Shown here piece by piece: positions 1-13,130 of a stretch of 64,000 nucleotides of DNA (position 1 is its first letter; the number at the start of each line of letters is the position of its first letter). The notes beneath the pieces were generated by a model that ran no database searches, was not told where the DNA came from, and was given only the letters and a program-made list of their open reading frames with translations. The position numbers and the translations under genes were made by a program. The DNA comes from Ministeria vibrans ATCC 50519 (taxonomy: Eukaryota; Protista; Filasterea), in assembly GCA_943704425.1 (NCBI GenBank), contig CALSCP010002792.1, positions 1-64,000 on the forward strand, in the 5' to 3' direction.

Positions 1-772
1 ACCTTGTCACTACTGCGCGAGCGTGCCGGCAGCATGAAGACCGCTATTAAAGGCCAAAGGGCACGCTGAACGCAATGAGGAGGAAACGGGGAGCGCGACA
101 GGGCGGTGGAAGTGCAGTGGGTGCGCGCGGGGGTGTGTGGAGGAAGGGGCAGTCGACGGCAGTAGAAGACGGCGTGAATGGCTGAGAGAGCAACTTTTGC
201 TTTTCCAGCTTTGACAAAAAAAAAAAAAAAAAAAAAAAAAAAAGACGGGAGAAGAAATGCAGACAAGAGCGGGAAATACACATGAACAACACAATGGTGA
301 CACACGGGAAAAGACGGTGAGCAAAATTACCTCGATCGAATGCAGGAGGGAAAAAGAATAATCAATAAAAGATTTACTCGTTACGGACTCAATAATAATC
401 AAATAACTCCAAGGGGGTGAATGTATTACTGATCAGTCAAAGACTGGTGAAAGACTGCTGTTGCTCCATCGAGCTTGAGCTACTGTAGTCTGAGCTCTGA
501 GTGCTCTCAGCTCTGCTATTTATCTTAGTAGTGAATAGTGACCCTCGTGGTCGAAAGTCGACGCTCGTCAGTCGTCAATGAGCATCGGATTAGACCAAAA
601 CGACACCCTTTATGCTCACAACCGTGACTGTCACAGCCCACAGCCCCACAGTCCCATGCATCACATATATGACGATATCAATGGTACTTAGAGACGGTAT
701 ATATTATAAGTCAAAAAGGCTGTCTGGAGCAACTAAGGTTTAAACAGGGTTGGTTTGGGGGGTTTATTGCAT

Positions 773-1256
773 TTACTTGGCAGCGGCAACCTGGCAAGCG
801 ATGCGATCGAGGTCCTGCTGGCCAGTGCTCGACACCTGGCGGCCGCCGTTGGTCGACTTCTGGAGCACCTTAACGCTCTCGAGGGCCTGGAGAACACAAT
901 ATACGAATGAATACACACGGGACAGCTGAAGATACACATACCTGGAGTGCCTTGCGCTGGATGTTGCTCGTCGCCGGGTGGTGGTGGGACGGGGCGGTGC
1001 CGTTGTTGCGGGAGCCGCCGAACGACTTGCAGAGAGCACCAACACCGACGCCGGGCTTCATGTACACACGTCGTGCAATGGCGGCGCATCGCACGTAGAA
1101 CCAGTCCGGGTCGTAGGGCGAAAGCTCCTTGTACACAGCGGTCTTGACCAGCTCAGCCCACTTGGGGGGCGTGATCTTGCCGGAGCGCTTCAGGAAGGCG
1201 GCGTAGGCGCGGACAAAGTCGTGAGCGGCCACGTCCTTGACTGTAGTTCCAGGCAT
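773..1256 (-). CDS. RPS19: 40S ribosomal protein S19 (eS19); coding exons 1256-942 and 886-773, plus a 5'UTR intron ending immediately before the ATG
   Basis: Spliced product [27 protein letters not shown]...[23 protein letters not shown]...RKALQ|[10 protein letters not shown]...GQQDLDRIA matches eS19. GT-AG intron at 941-887. Confidence 0.97.
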
Positions 1257-1527
1257 CTGCACACACACAAAACACCAGAACACCGTGAGTATCAGAATCG
1301 GTCGAGCGGACACGACACAGGTGTCCCGTTGGGAAAGGACGGAGCCAGAGGACCGTAGAACGAGAGCAGAAAGGAGAAAAAAAAAAAGAAAAAAAAGAAA
1401 AAAGAGGCAATAGCACTTCAGGCCACAGGAGCTCTCCATAGTGGTCAACCAGAGCCATCGGAGCAGGTTCGTGTACAAGCAGAACTGAAGTGATACGAAT
1501 CCAGAGAAGGACAGAAACACGAAAACG

Positions 1528-1558
<31 letters not shown>

Positions 1559-2377
1559 AGCGTGCCTACTACAAGAGCATCTGCGCACAGCAACGCTAGT
1601 CTAGACCCAAGTCCAGCAGGACGCGAGCGAGAAGAGTTGACGCATTAAGAGCGCTTGGCAGCTTTTGACGAGTCTCAATGAAAAACCACCCGCCAAGCGA
1701 AGAAAGGAGTCTGCGACGCGCACGCTAGGCATCGTCAATGGGACCGAGTAGAACTCACTTACATTTTTGGTAAAGACAGGAACGGAAAAGGTCGATGAAT
1801 AGGTCGTCGTTTGCCTTTTGAATCCACGTGTGGAAATGGTACGATCAAACTACAGGTCAATAGACCAACTTGTGATCGACCTCTTGCGTTTGTGCTCTTT
1901 CTCCTTGTAATTACAGGTATGTATAAGGCTCTCTCGGGTGAACGTTGGGCGCTTTCCTGGACGTCTGACGCGTGTAGGAGAGTGTGGAAAACGCTTTCCA
2001 ACCGGCCCAGCGCAAATGCGCGACAGGCCCCCGTTGCTGCCCGCTCTCGCTGTCCTCCCGCATGTGTGCAAGCTAGAGTGTACATCCGAGCTGTTGACAA
2101 CCCTGCTTGTCCCCTGGTTTGTCTTCCAGTGTCGCGTTGAACAAAAAAAAAAAGTCCTCTCCGTGCGGCACTGAACGGCAACGCGTGGGTCTATTTGTGT
2201 GCCCAGACGTGTCCGTGGCGTATGTGTCTTGCTCCCGCCGTGGCTATGAGCGCGTTCGTTTTGGAATAGTCAGCGAGCGAGTCTCTTTTTTTTTTTTTTT
2301 TTTTTTCTTTCTTTCTTTTGCAAGAGAGTCGATTTGTGTTGCTCACATGTGGTTGCCACGCCTCCTTCTGTGATAGA

Positions 2378-3177
2378 ATGGTCAACACGCACGGTCTTCG
2401 ACGCGGCACTCGCGACCTGTTCTCGCGCAAATTCCGCGATCATGGTCCTATCAAGCTGTCGACGTACATGAAGATCTACAAGGTACGCCCTGCTGCTCAG
2501 CCCCCTCTCCGCCACCTACTCACACCCCTTTCTTTCGTTTGTCTCTCTTTTTCTTGTGTTCCCTCCTTTTTTCCTCTCCTTTTCCATTTTTTGTCTTTTT
2601 TTTCTTCGATTTGCGTTAGGTGGGCGACATTGTCGACATTGCCGGCAACGGATCTATCCAGAAGGGTATGCCCCACAAGTTCTACCACGGCATGACTGGC
2701 CGCGTCTTCAACGTCGCACCCCACGCCGTCGGTGTCGTTGTCAACAAGCAGGTGAGCAGTCAGTGATGTGTGTGTGTGTGGCATGTGTGTATTCCAGAGT
2801 CACGCCCTTGATGTCGCGCTGGCTCGTCGTTCTGTTGGGGGGGTTTCTCTCTCATATATTGCTGCTGTTGGTTGTGTTTTGCTTTGGTGTGTCACTGACA
2901 CACGTATATTTTTTTCCCTGTGTTATAGGTCGGCAACCGAGTGATTGCCAAGCGCATCAACATCCGCGTGGAGCACGTCAAGCACTCGCACAGTCGCGAC
3001 GATTTCCTCCGTCGTGTCAAGTACAACGAGAAGGCGCGCAAGGAGGCTCAGGCCGCGGGTAAGCCCAAGCCCCTGCTCAAGCGTCAGCCTGCCGGTCCCC
3101 GCCCGGGCCACTTCGTCTCGACCAAGAAGAACGCTGAGATCACGCTCGCCCCCGTGCCTTACCAGATCCTCGCCTAA
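2378..3177 (+). CDS. RPL21: 60S ribosomal protein L21 (eL21); exons 2378-2482, 2620-2751, 2929-3177
   Basis: [22 protein letters not shown]|[35 protein letters not shown]|[20 protein letters not shown]. Phase-0 GT-AG introns. Confidence 0.97.
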
Positions 3178-3683
3178 TCTCTGTCAATGCACACAAAACC
3201 CAACCTGTTTTAACACACGAAACACATAAAAGAACGAGACGAGAACCTTTTGTTCTAAATTCGTCGCAGGTGATAGATAACTGAAAAGTGTCTTTGTTTT
3301 GATATACAAGAAGAAAATATCTCGTGAATATCTCTTTCACCCTTGTCCTTTTTTAAGTTTTGGTCAATAAATGGCTCCTGCTGAGTGCTGACGGGCCTGC
3401 TTCCTTGGCATCCCCTCTCTTGAATCTTTCCCCTTCTCACTTCTCCGTTTTCAGTCTTGACCTTTTGCTAATATTAACTTTTAAGTTTTATTTGCCTCTC
3501 TCTTTTGGCCTCTTACAACCACCCGTGTTGGAAAATCCCGTGGTAAAGAAAAAAGAAGCGCATGAGAGAGAATTCGATGACGAGTGACGACAGCGTTTTT
3601 TTTTTCGTTCTTCCGTTGGAAACTTTGCGAACTTTGTCAGGGTGGCGAAAGACGAGCGCTAACACGCTGTGCAACTACCACAG

Positions 3684-6125
3684 ATGGATGGTATAGGAAT
3701 ACCCTCTATACGGGTGAGCCCCGGGAGACTCGGACGAAGCCCCCAGCCGGTGTTTGACACGACCGAGGTTTTCGCGCGCAAACCTCAAAGAGAAGCGTCT
3801 TCACGGATGGACACCTTAAACGACGGCGAACACACGCCGTCGCGGTCGCTCGAGCCTCCGCCACCGCCGTCCAAGAGCAGCACCCCTGTGAGCAGGGTCT
3901 TTTCGCAGCCGCCAGGCTACCGCTCCACTTCGCCTCGTCACATTCTTGTCAGTCCGTCCAGTGGCTCGCCATCGACCCGCGCCGCCGCCGCCATGTCTAC
4001 CCTCGAGTCGCTACTCGATAGCGCTTCGTCCGAGGGCTCGCCGCTCTACAATCCTGACGACCCTGCGTCGTATTTTGACCAATGTTTTGATGTCAAAGGC
4101 AAACTAGGTGGCGGTGCCTTTGGCGATGTGTTCAAGGTACATGGCGAAGGGTGCATGAGGGGGAGGCGGGTGACAGACAACATGTGTTTGTGTCTGTGTG
4201 TTGTTATGTGTATGTGTGTGGGGAGGCGGGTGACAGACAACATGTGTTTGTGTCTTGTGTGTCTGTATGTGTATGTGTGCGGGGAGGCGTGTATTTGGTC
4301 GCTCTGTCCTCTCCCACTTCTCCCCCCTCATTTTGCACATTGCAACGCCTTCTCTTTTTTTATGCACAGGTTGTCGACCGCACCACCGGCCAGACATGTG
4401 CTATCAAAGTGTCACGAGCACACGCTAGAGGGTTTGGAGACCTACACCGCAAACTGCGCGAGGTACACGCCGCTTTGGCGCTGTCCACAGACGGCGCCAC
4501 CGACAGCGACGTGCTCCACCACCCCAACTGCCTTGCCTTCTACGCCTGTTGGGAGCAGGACGGTCGTCTTTTCATTCAAACTGGTACGAAGTACCTCAAC
4601 ACTTACTGTTGTACTCCTATCCCCCCTTTTTCTTTTTGTTTGACCTAATTCTTATATAGAGCTGTGCGAGGGGTCACTCGATTCGTATGTGACACGCGAG
4701 CACAACAACGCACCGCTCCCGGAGGACCTAGTATGGACCATGATGGCCGACCTGGCCATGGGCCTTGACCACATCCACTCGCGCGGCCTCCTGCACTTGG
4801 GTATGTGTTTGTTTTGTCCTTCTCCATTGACACTCTGCTAATGGCTCTAACGATGTTCTGTGCACAGACATCAAACCTGCAAACATTCTGGTGGCACTGG
4901 ACGGACACACACTGAAATACGGCGACTTTGGAATTGCGCAACAGCAAGAACCGTCGGACGACGAGCACAACTACAGCACACAACAAACACAATCACACTA
5001 CAACCAACAACAACACAGTGACGACGATGATGCCTTTGCAGCCCTCAACTCTAGTCGTGTCAGCAACGAGGACTCCATGCGTTTCGCCGAGGAGGGCGAC
5101 CCCCGCTACCTTGCTCCTGAGCTGCTCTCGGGCGTGTACACCCGCGCCGCGGACATATTCAGTTTGGGCATGACCTTGCTTGAGCTCGCCACCGGCCTCG
5201 ACCTGCCCAACCACGGTTCCCTCTGGACTCGTCTGCGCAAACCCAGACCTCTCGATGCGATTCCTCCAGAGTTTCTTACAGGTACAAAATGGAGCAACGT
5301 CGCGAAAATAGGAAGAACATATATTTTTAAACATCTTCTTTATTGTCTACATCTTCTTTTATCGTCTGCCTCCGGTGCGTTTGTGTCGTAGGAATGTCTG
5401 ATGAACTGCGGGAAATTTTGACACGCATGCTCGATAGCAACATGCATGCGAGAGTGCCGATTCGCACAGTGCTCGAGACGGAACGTATTGCAGCGCAGAT
5501 TGAGCCGATGGCGAGTGGGGGTTGGAGGCGGAAGGGCACTGGCCAGTGGGCGGTGACATTGGCTGCTCAGCGGGCAGTGCAATGTGTGTGTCAGGCGTGT
5601 CGTCGCATCTGGCTCCGCTGGTTTTCACGCTCCGGCTACAAGTCACACCCGGTTGCACGGCAACAACGCAGCGCTACTACCACCGCATCGACGCACTCTT
5701 CGATTGCATCATACGCATCGCGAGGGGGAGCACCCGTGGCCACGTCGAGTCCGGGCTTTCGCACTGCACCCTCGCCTCTGGACGCTAAACGTGTGCGTCC
5801 ATTTAATGCCTTTGAGGGATTCGCCGACGATGATGATGACGATGAAGATGGTGATAACGACGATGGCGCTGCCTTTGACGACGACATAGACGTGTCCTAC
5901 TTCAGAAGGCGCAACTCTAATCCGCCATCCCCTCCAGCCGGCCGGCCCTCTCCCCGTGCACGAGGTACCCGCATGTCACGAAGCGCGCACGCCACATTCA
6001 CATGCACTGACCTCAGTTCCATCGTAGACACGTCTCCAGGGCGGCGCATGCGTGAGCCTATGCTGGGTGCCCACGCGCGTCCCCGAAATCTACTCCTGCG
6101 CTTTGAAGAGGCCGACGACGATTGA
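3684..6125 (+). CDS. PKMYT1: Myt1 (Wee1-family) Cdk1-inhibitory kinase, 5 exons
   Basis: SYFDQCF..KLGGGAFGDVFK|V, RKLREV, HPNC..WEQDGRLFIQT|ELC, LLHL|DIKPANIL, KYGDFG, EGDPRYLAPELL, LELATGLDLPNHGSLWTRLR and a C-terminal PRNLL motif, all typical of Myt1. Confidence 0.88.
4160..4290 (+). repeat. ~60-bp direct repeat in Myt1 intron 1 (2 copies plus a partial)
   Basis: gggaggcgggtgacagacaacatgtgtttgtgtct occurs at ~4161 and ~4221, with a partial copy at ~4281. Confidence 0.8.
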
Positions 6126-6273
6126 ACCGGCGTTTCTCATAACTGATCTGTGTACACTACAAGCATTCTTTTATTATTATTATTTTCTTTTCCATTGTAA
6201 GAATATGATTAATACTCGTTAAATTTTGTTCATTGTGAAAGATAGTTCTTGTTACTTTACAACCGTTTCCGGC

Positions 6274-9141
<2,868 letters not shown>

Positions 9142-9587
9142 GCTTCAACGCTATTTGACTAGTCTATATACAGCACGCCGGACGATGGTTTCTAGCGTGG
9201 GGAAAACGATCGAATAAAAGTGATTTCTGCAATCGTTGTTCTGCAATCATACGAACACGCCGCAAACAAAAACGCTGCTTACGTCGGTGTTTATTGTGAT
9301 CCGTGCCACCACGTGAACCAGAAGCGGTTTCGCATCACGAATTTCGCCGTAGCCACTGGCCAGTATACATGTGCTACTGTTCGGCCAGGTAAAGACCGAC
9401 GGCATCTCCGCGTGTTGCGACACGAAACACTCGGCGATTTTCTGTCCAAATAAGTCCGATGAAGGACAAAAAGTCGCACTACCAAGATTATCGTAACGTG
9501 CTCTCTCCTCTCAGTTTTATTACTGTTCTTTTAAGCCCCAAGCGGTGTGTGACGGTATACAACAAGTGATCGAAAGTGTGCGCCAGC
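9142..9587. promoter_or_regulatory. Putative bidirectional promoter shared by the two ABCG genes
   Basis: 446 bp separate the divergent ATGs at 9141(-) and 9588(+). Inferred from geometry only. Confidence 0.55.
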
Positions 9588-11589
9588 ATGACAACAGTGA
9601 AGAGGTGAGTTGTTTTGTGTCTTTTCGCGTCTACGCATCTCTAACCTCATATCTCCCTTCCTCCTCTCCAGAAGCAACTCCTACGAAGAGGCTCTCGAGA
9701 TGAGCAGCCTACCCAATAGACCCGTTGATGTGGTGGGCCCTGCAAGCGGCAGCAATGGCCCTGTCGACAGCACGACAGTCCACATCGAGCAAGCGCGTCG
9801 GCCCATTTCGCTGGCTCACCAGCCACGCACGCTCTTCTTCAGCGACGTGTCCTTTTGCGTCAATGTCAAGGACAAGGAGACCAAACAAAAGGTCACCAAG
9901 GTAGGTCGGGGAGTCGTCTGCTCGAGCGTAGTATATATTTACTCCGTGAATGTGTGTGTGCGGGTTTGTGTGGATGTATGTATGTATGTACGTATATATA
10001 ATATAATTATAATATATATACTATATATGTGTGTATATGTGTGTATATGTGTGTATATGTGNNNNNNNNGTATATGTGTGTATATGTGTGTATATGTGTG
10101 TATATGTACGTGTGTGCGGGTGCCATGGGTGTGTGTACATGCATGTGTAGAGCCTCGTTCAAAATTTTGCTCATTGTACGTGGGTGTCTAGTGCCTCGTC
10201 CAAAAAGCCTCGGGTGTTGCTCATGTGGGCCAGATCACTGCCATTCTTGGCCCGTCCGGCTGTGGCAAGGTAATCATCGAGTTGCCGTGCATGCGAGGTG
10301 TCATGATGATTCCTCATACTCTTGATGTGCAAACCCTCGACAGACGACGCTGTTGGATGTGCTTGCGGGACGCGTTGTTGAGGGGCGCGCCGAGGGCATT
10401 GTGACGCTCGATGGACAGGCACGTGACCACAGCTACAAGCGTGTGGCGGCCTACGTGCAACAAGAGTTGTTGCTTCAAGCATCGCTGACAGTCACAGAGA
10501 CGCTCGCGTATGCTGGCCGATTCCGTCTGCCATCCTCGGTGAGCGACGCAGATCGCGCCGAAATGGTCGACGAGGTCATCGATGAGCTGGGCCTGCGCGT
10601 GTGTGCTCAGACACGCATTGGAAATGCTTTTCTACGCGGTGTGAGTGGTGGACAGAAGCGTCGCGTGGCCATTGGCATTGAGCTCATGGCACGTCCCAGC
10701 ATCCTCTTTCTCGATGTGCCCACCAGTGGACTTGGTACCCCATTAATTAGATATTCGAAGTGATTTTACCCCTAAACCTGCGTAGACTCGACTGCTGCCT
10801 TGGCGCTGATTAATTCGCTGCGGGTGCTGGCCGAGCGTCAACGCACCATTGTCCTTTCGCTCAATCAGCCCAACGCAAAAATGTTTCGACTCCTCGACAA
10901 AGTCATCCTCATGTCCAAAGGTATAAAATATATGCAATATGTGTACAGTGTGTAATAGTGCGACTAACGTATATCTGCGTGTGCGTGTGTGTGATATAGG
11001 GAAACAGCTGTTCTACGGAAGTCGGAAGGAAGCGCTGACCTTCTTTGCTGACAATGATCTGCCCTGTCCCAAACTCTCCAATCCAGGTATGATCTGCGTG
11101 TATCACAATCAATCTCATGGTAATTAATTGATTGTTTGATGTTGTTTGCAGCGGACTTTTTCCTGGACCAGATCAACGTGGATTTCCCCAATGCAGCCGA
11201 CATCAACAAGCTGGCAAGTGCATACGAGGCATCACCCTATTACAGTGCCGTTCAGAAGGCTCTTCCCGCCATCCACACCACTACCACTGCCACAGCTGAT
11301 GCTACTCCTGCGACCCACGCGCTTCCGCCGTCGCTCACACGCGCCTTTGCCAACAGCTGGTTCTCGCAGCTGCGCACTCTGCTCGTGCGCAACTCATACG
11401 ACTCACTGCGCAACCCTCTGCTGTATTGGCTGCGTGTTGCCATGTACACTATGCTTGCCCTCATGGTCGGCACCCTTTTCATCAACGTCGGCACCGACGG
11501 AAATGATATCTACGACCGCCTCGCCGTCATCTTCTTTATTGTCGCCTTTTTCTGCTTCATGACCGTACGTACACATGATCAACACTAGG

Positions 11590-11628
<39 letters not shown>

Positions 11629-12528
11629 TAATAATAAGAATAATTATTACTTTCTCTATTATTTATCTTTGTTTCTTTCTCCTCTCGCCCACTTCGTTAT
11701 TTTTCTTCTCTCTCTCTCACTTTGCTTTTAATTTCTCCCTCCTCTTTTCTACTCACCCAGATTGCACTGTGTCCGGCTGCCATTGACGATCGCGATGTGT
11801 TTGTGCGGGAGCGCTCGGCCGGTTCGTATCGTGTATCTGCCTTTGTCGTCGCCAACACGCTCTCGTCGCTACCATGGGTCTTCCTCATTGCTTTTCTGTC
11901 CTCCCTCGTTTCCTACTTTCTCATTGGTCTCAACCTCTCGTCGGCCAGTCGCTTCTTCTACTTTGTCTTCGTACTCTTTCTTGGTCTCTACGCGGCCGAG
12001 TCGCTTGTACTCACCCTCTCGGCCCTCGTACCCTTTGCCCTCGTCGGCATTGCCGTCTCCAGTGGCGTTCTTGGCATTCTTGTGCTCCTTAACGGCTTTT
12101 TTGTCACCCCTGACAACATTCCCGGTACTTCGTTGCACCTTTGTCGTTGTGTCATGTACTGTTCTCACCCGTGGCTGTGATGGTGTAGGTTACTTTGTAT
12201 GGGTGTACTACGCCAACTTTTTGACCTATGTGCTTCAGGCGCTGCTCTACAATGACTTTGCAGGTCTCACCTTCACCAACGTGTTTGATCCGGTCACTGG
12301 TACGATAGTAAAAGTTATCATGTTTCCATTCCATGCAATCTGAAATATAATTGTGTTGTTGCAGGTTCGTCCACAAGCATTTCAGGCGAGGCATTCCTTG
12401 CGGCTAACTACTCGATTGATTCGGACATTCGCGGACGCAACGTTGCCATTATCATGGCCATGATCATTATCTTTCGCTTGCTCTTCTGGGTTGTGCTTTA
12501 CACGAAGCAGACGGGAAAACGCAAGTAA
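9588..12528 (+). CDS. ABCG-family half transporter B with degenerate Walker B and H-loop, multi-exon
   Basis: Exon 1 MTTVKR (9588-9604) splices in frame to 9672. Walker A GPSGCGK|TT, signature VSGGQKRRV, Walker B ILFLDVPTSGL|D, H-loop position VLSLNQP, NP|ADFF and TM region (DRDVFVRERSAGSY). Ends KQTGKRK*. An 8-N assembly gap lies at 10062-10069 within an intron. Confidence 0.93.
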
Positions 12529-13130
12529 AATAATTATGATTGTATTTTTTTAAGAATTGATAATAAAAATATAAAGCTGTCATGTGCTCAATGTCAAAAC
12601 AAGACAATAATATACAAAACAAAGAGCAGCACAATACTGTAGACTTCTAGACGACAAATATTCCAAAATAACCCCATAGAACCCGTAAAAAAGAATGCAG
12701 GGAGGCTTAGGTACTTCTTAGGCACCCCCTTCCCCTGGGTACAGTAGGAACACATTAGTCCCCGGTGCACCATTGCGGGATTTTGCGGCGCTCCTTTGAA
12801 AGGGAACGGGAGAACCGGGTGCCAACGTACGTTGAACGTACGTTTACGTGTGCCTCGGAGATGGCAGCGGTAAGAGTGATTCTCACCGCGATGATAGTCT
12901 GGCGCGTCCCCCAGGTCCGTCTTGCCCAGGGTATCCCCGGGTCAAAGGAGACACCACTCGAGTGGAAGCGGGACGCATTGTTGGACAGAGGAGGGCAGAG
13001 AGGATGGAGTAGGCTCTGATTCATAGACCCCTTGTTATAGCACGGTGACATTTCGCACCCTCTATCACTTCTTTCAAAAATCTTCTATTCCCACATAATT
13101 ATTAGTACAAAATCATACTCAAAAAAAATT

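Noticed and set aside
1-420. Minus-strand ORFs at the window start
   Set aside because: Composition is intron/UTR-like (poly-T, pyrimidine tracts), probably the 5' part of a gene outside the window. No product can be supported.
2752-2928. C/D snoRNA in RPL21 intron 2 (gtcagtgatgt ... tcactgac)
   Set aside because: The C box is imperfect, the CTGA coincides with the likely branch-point motif, and the interior is largely GT repeat with no evident rRNA guide.
10062-10069. Run of N bases
   Set aside because: Assembly gap inside a TATGTG-type intronic repeat. Flanking exons belong to the same ABCG gene and join in frame.
12690-13075. Specific assignment as RNase MRP/P, U3, 7SL or a group I intron
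   Set aside because: Only short partial motif matches; required partner elements (CR-V, U3 box A, Q/R elements) were not found. Kept only as an unassigned candidate.
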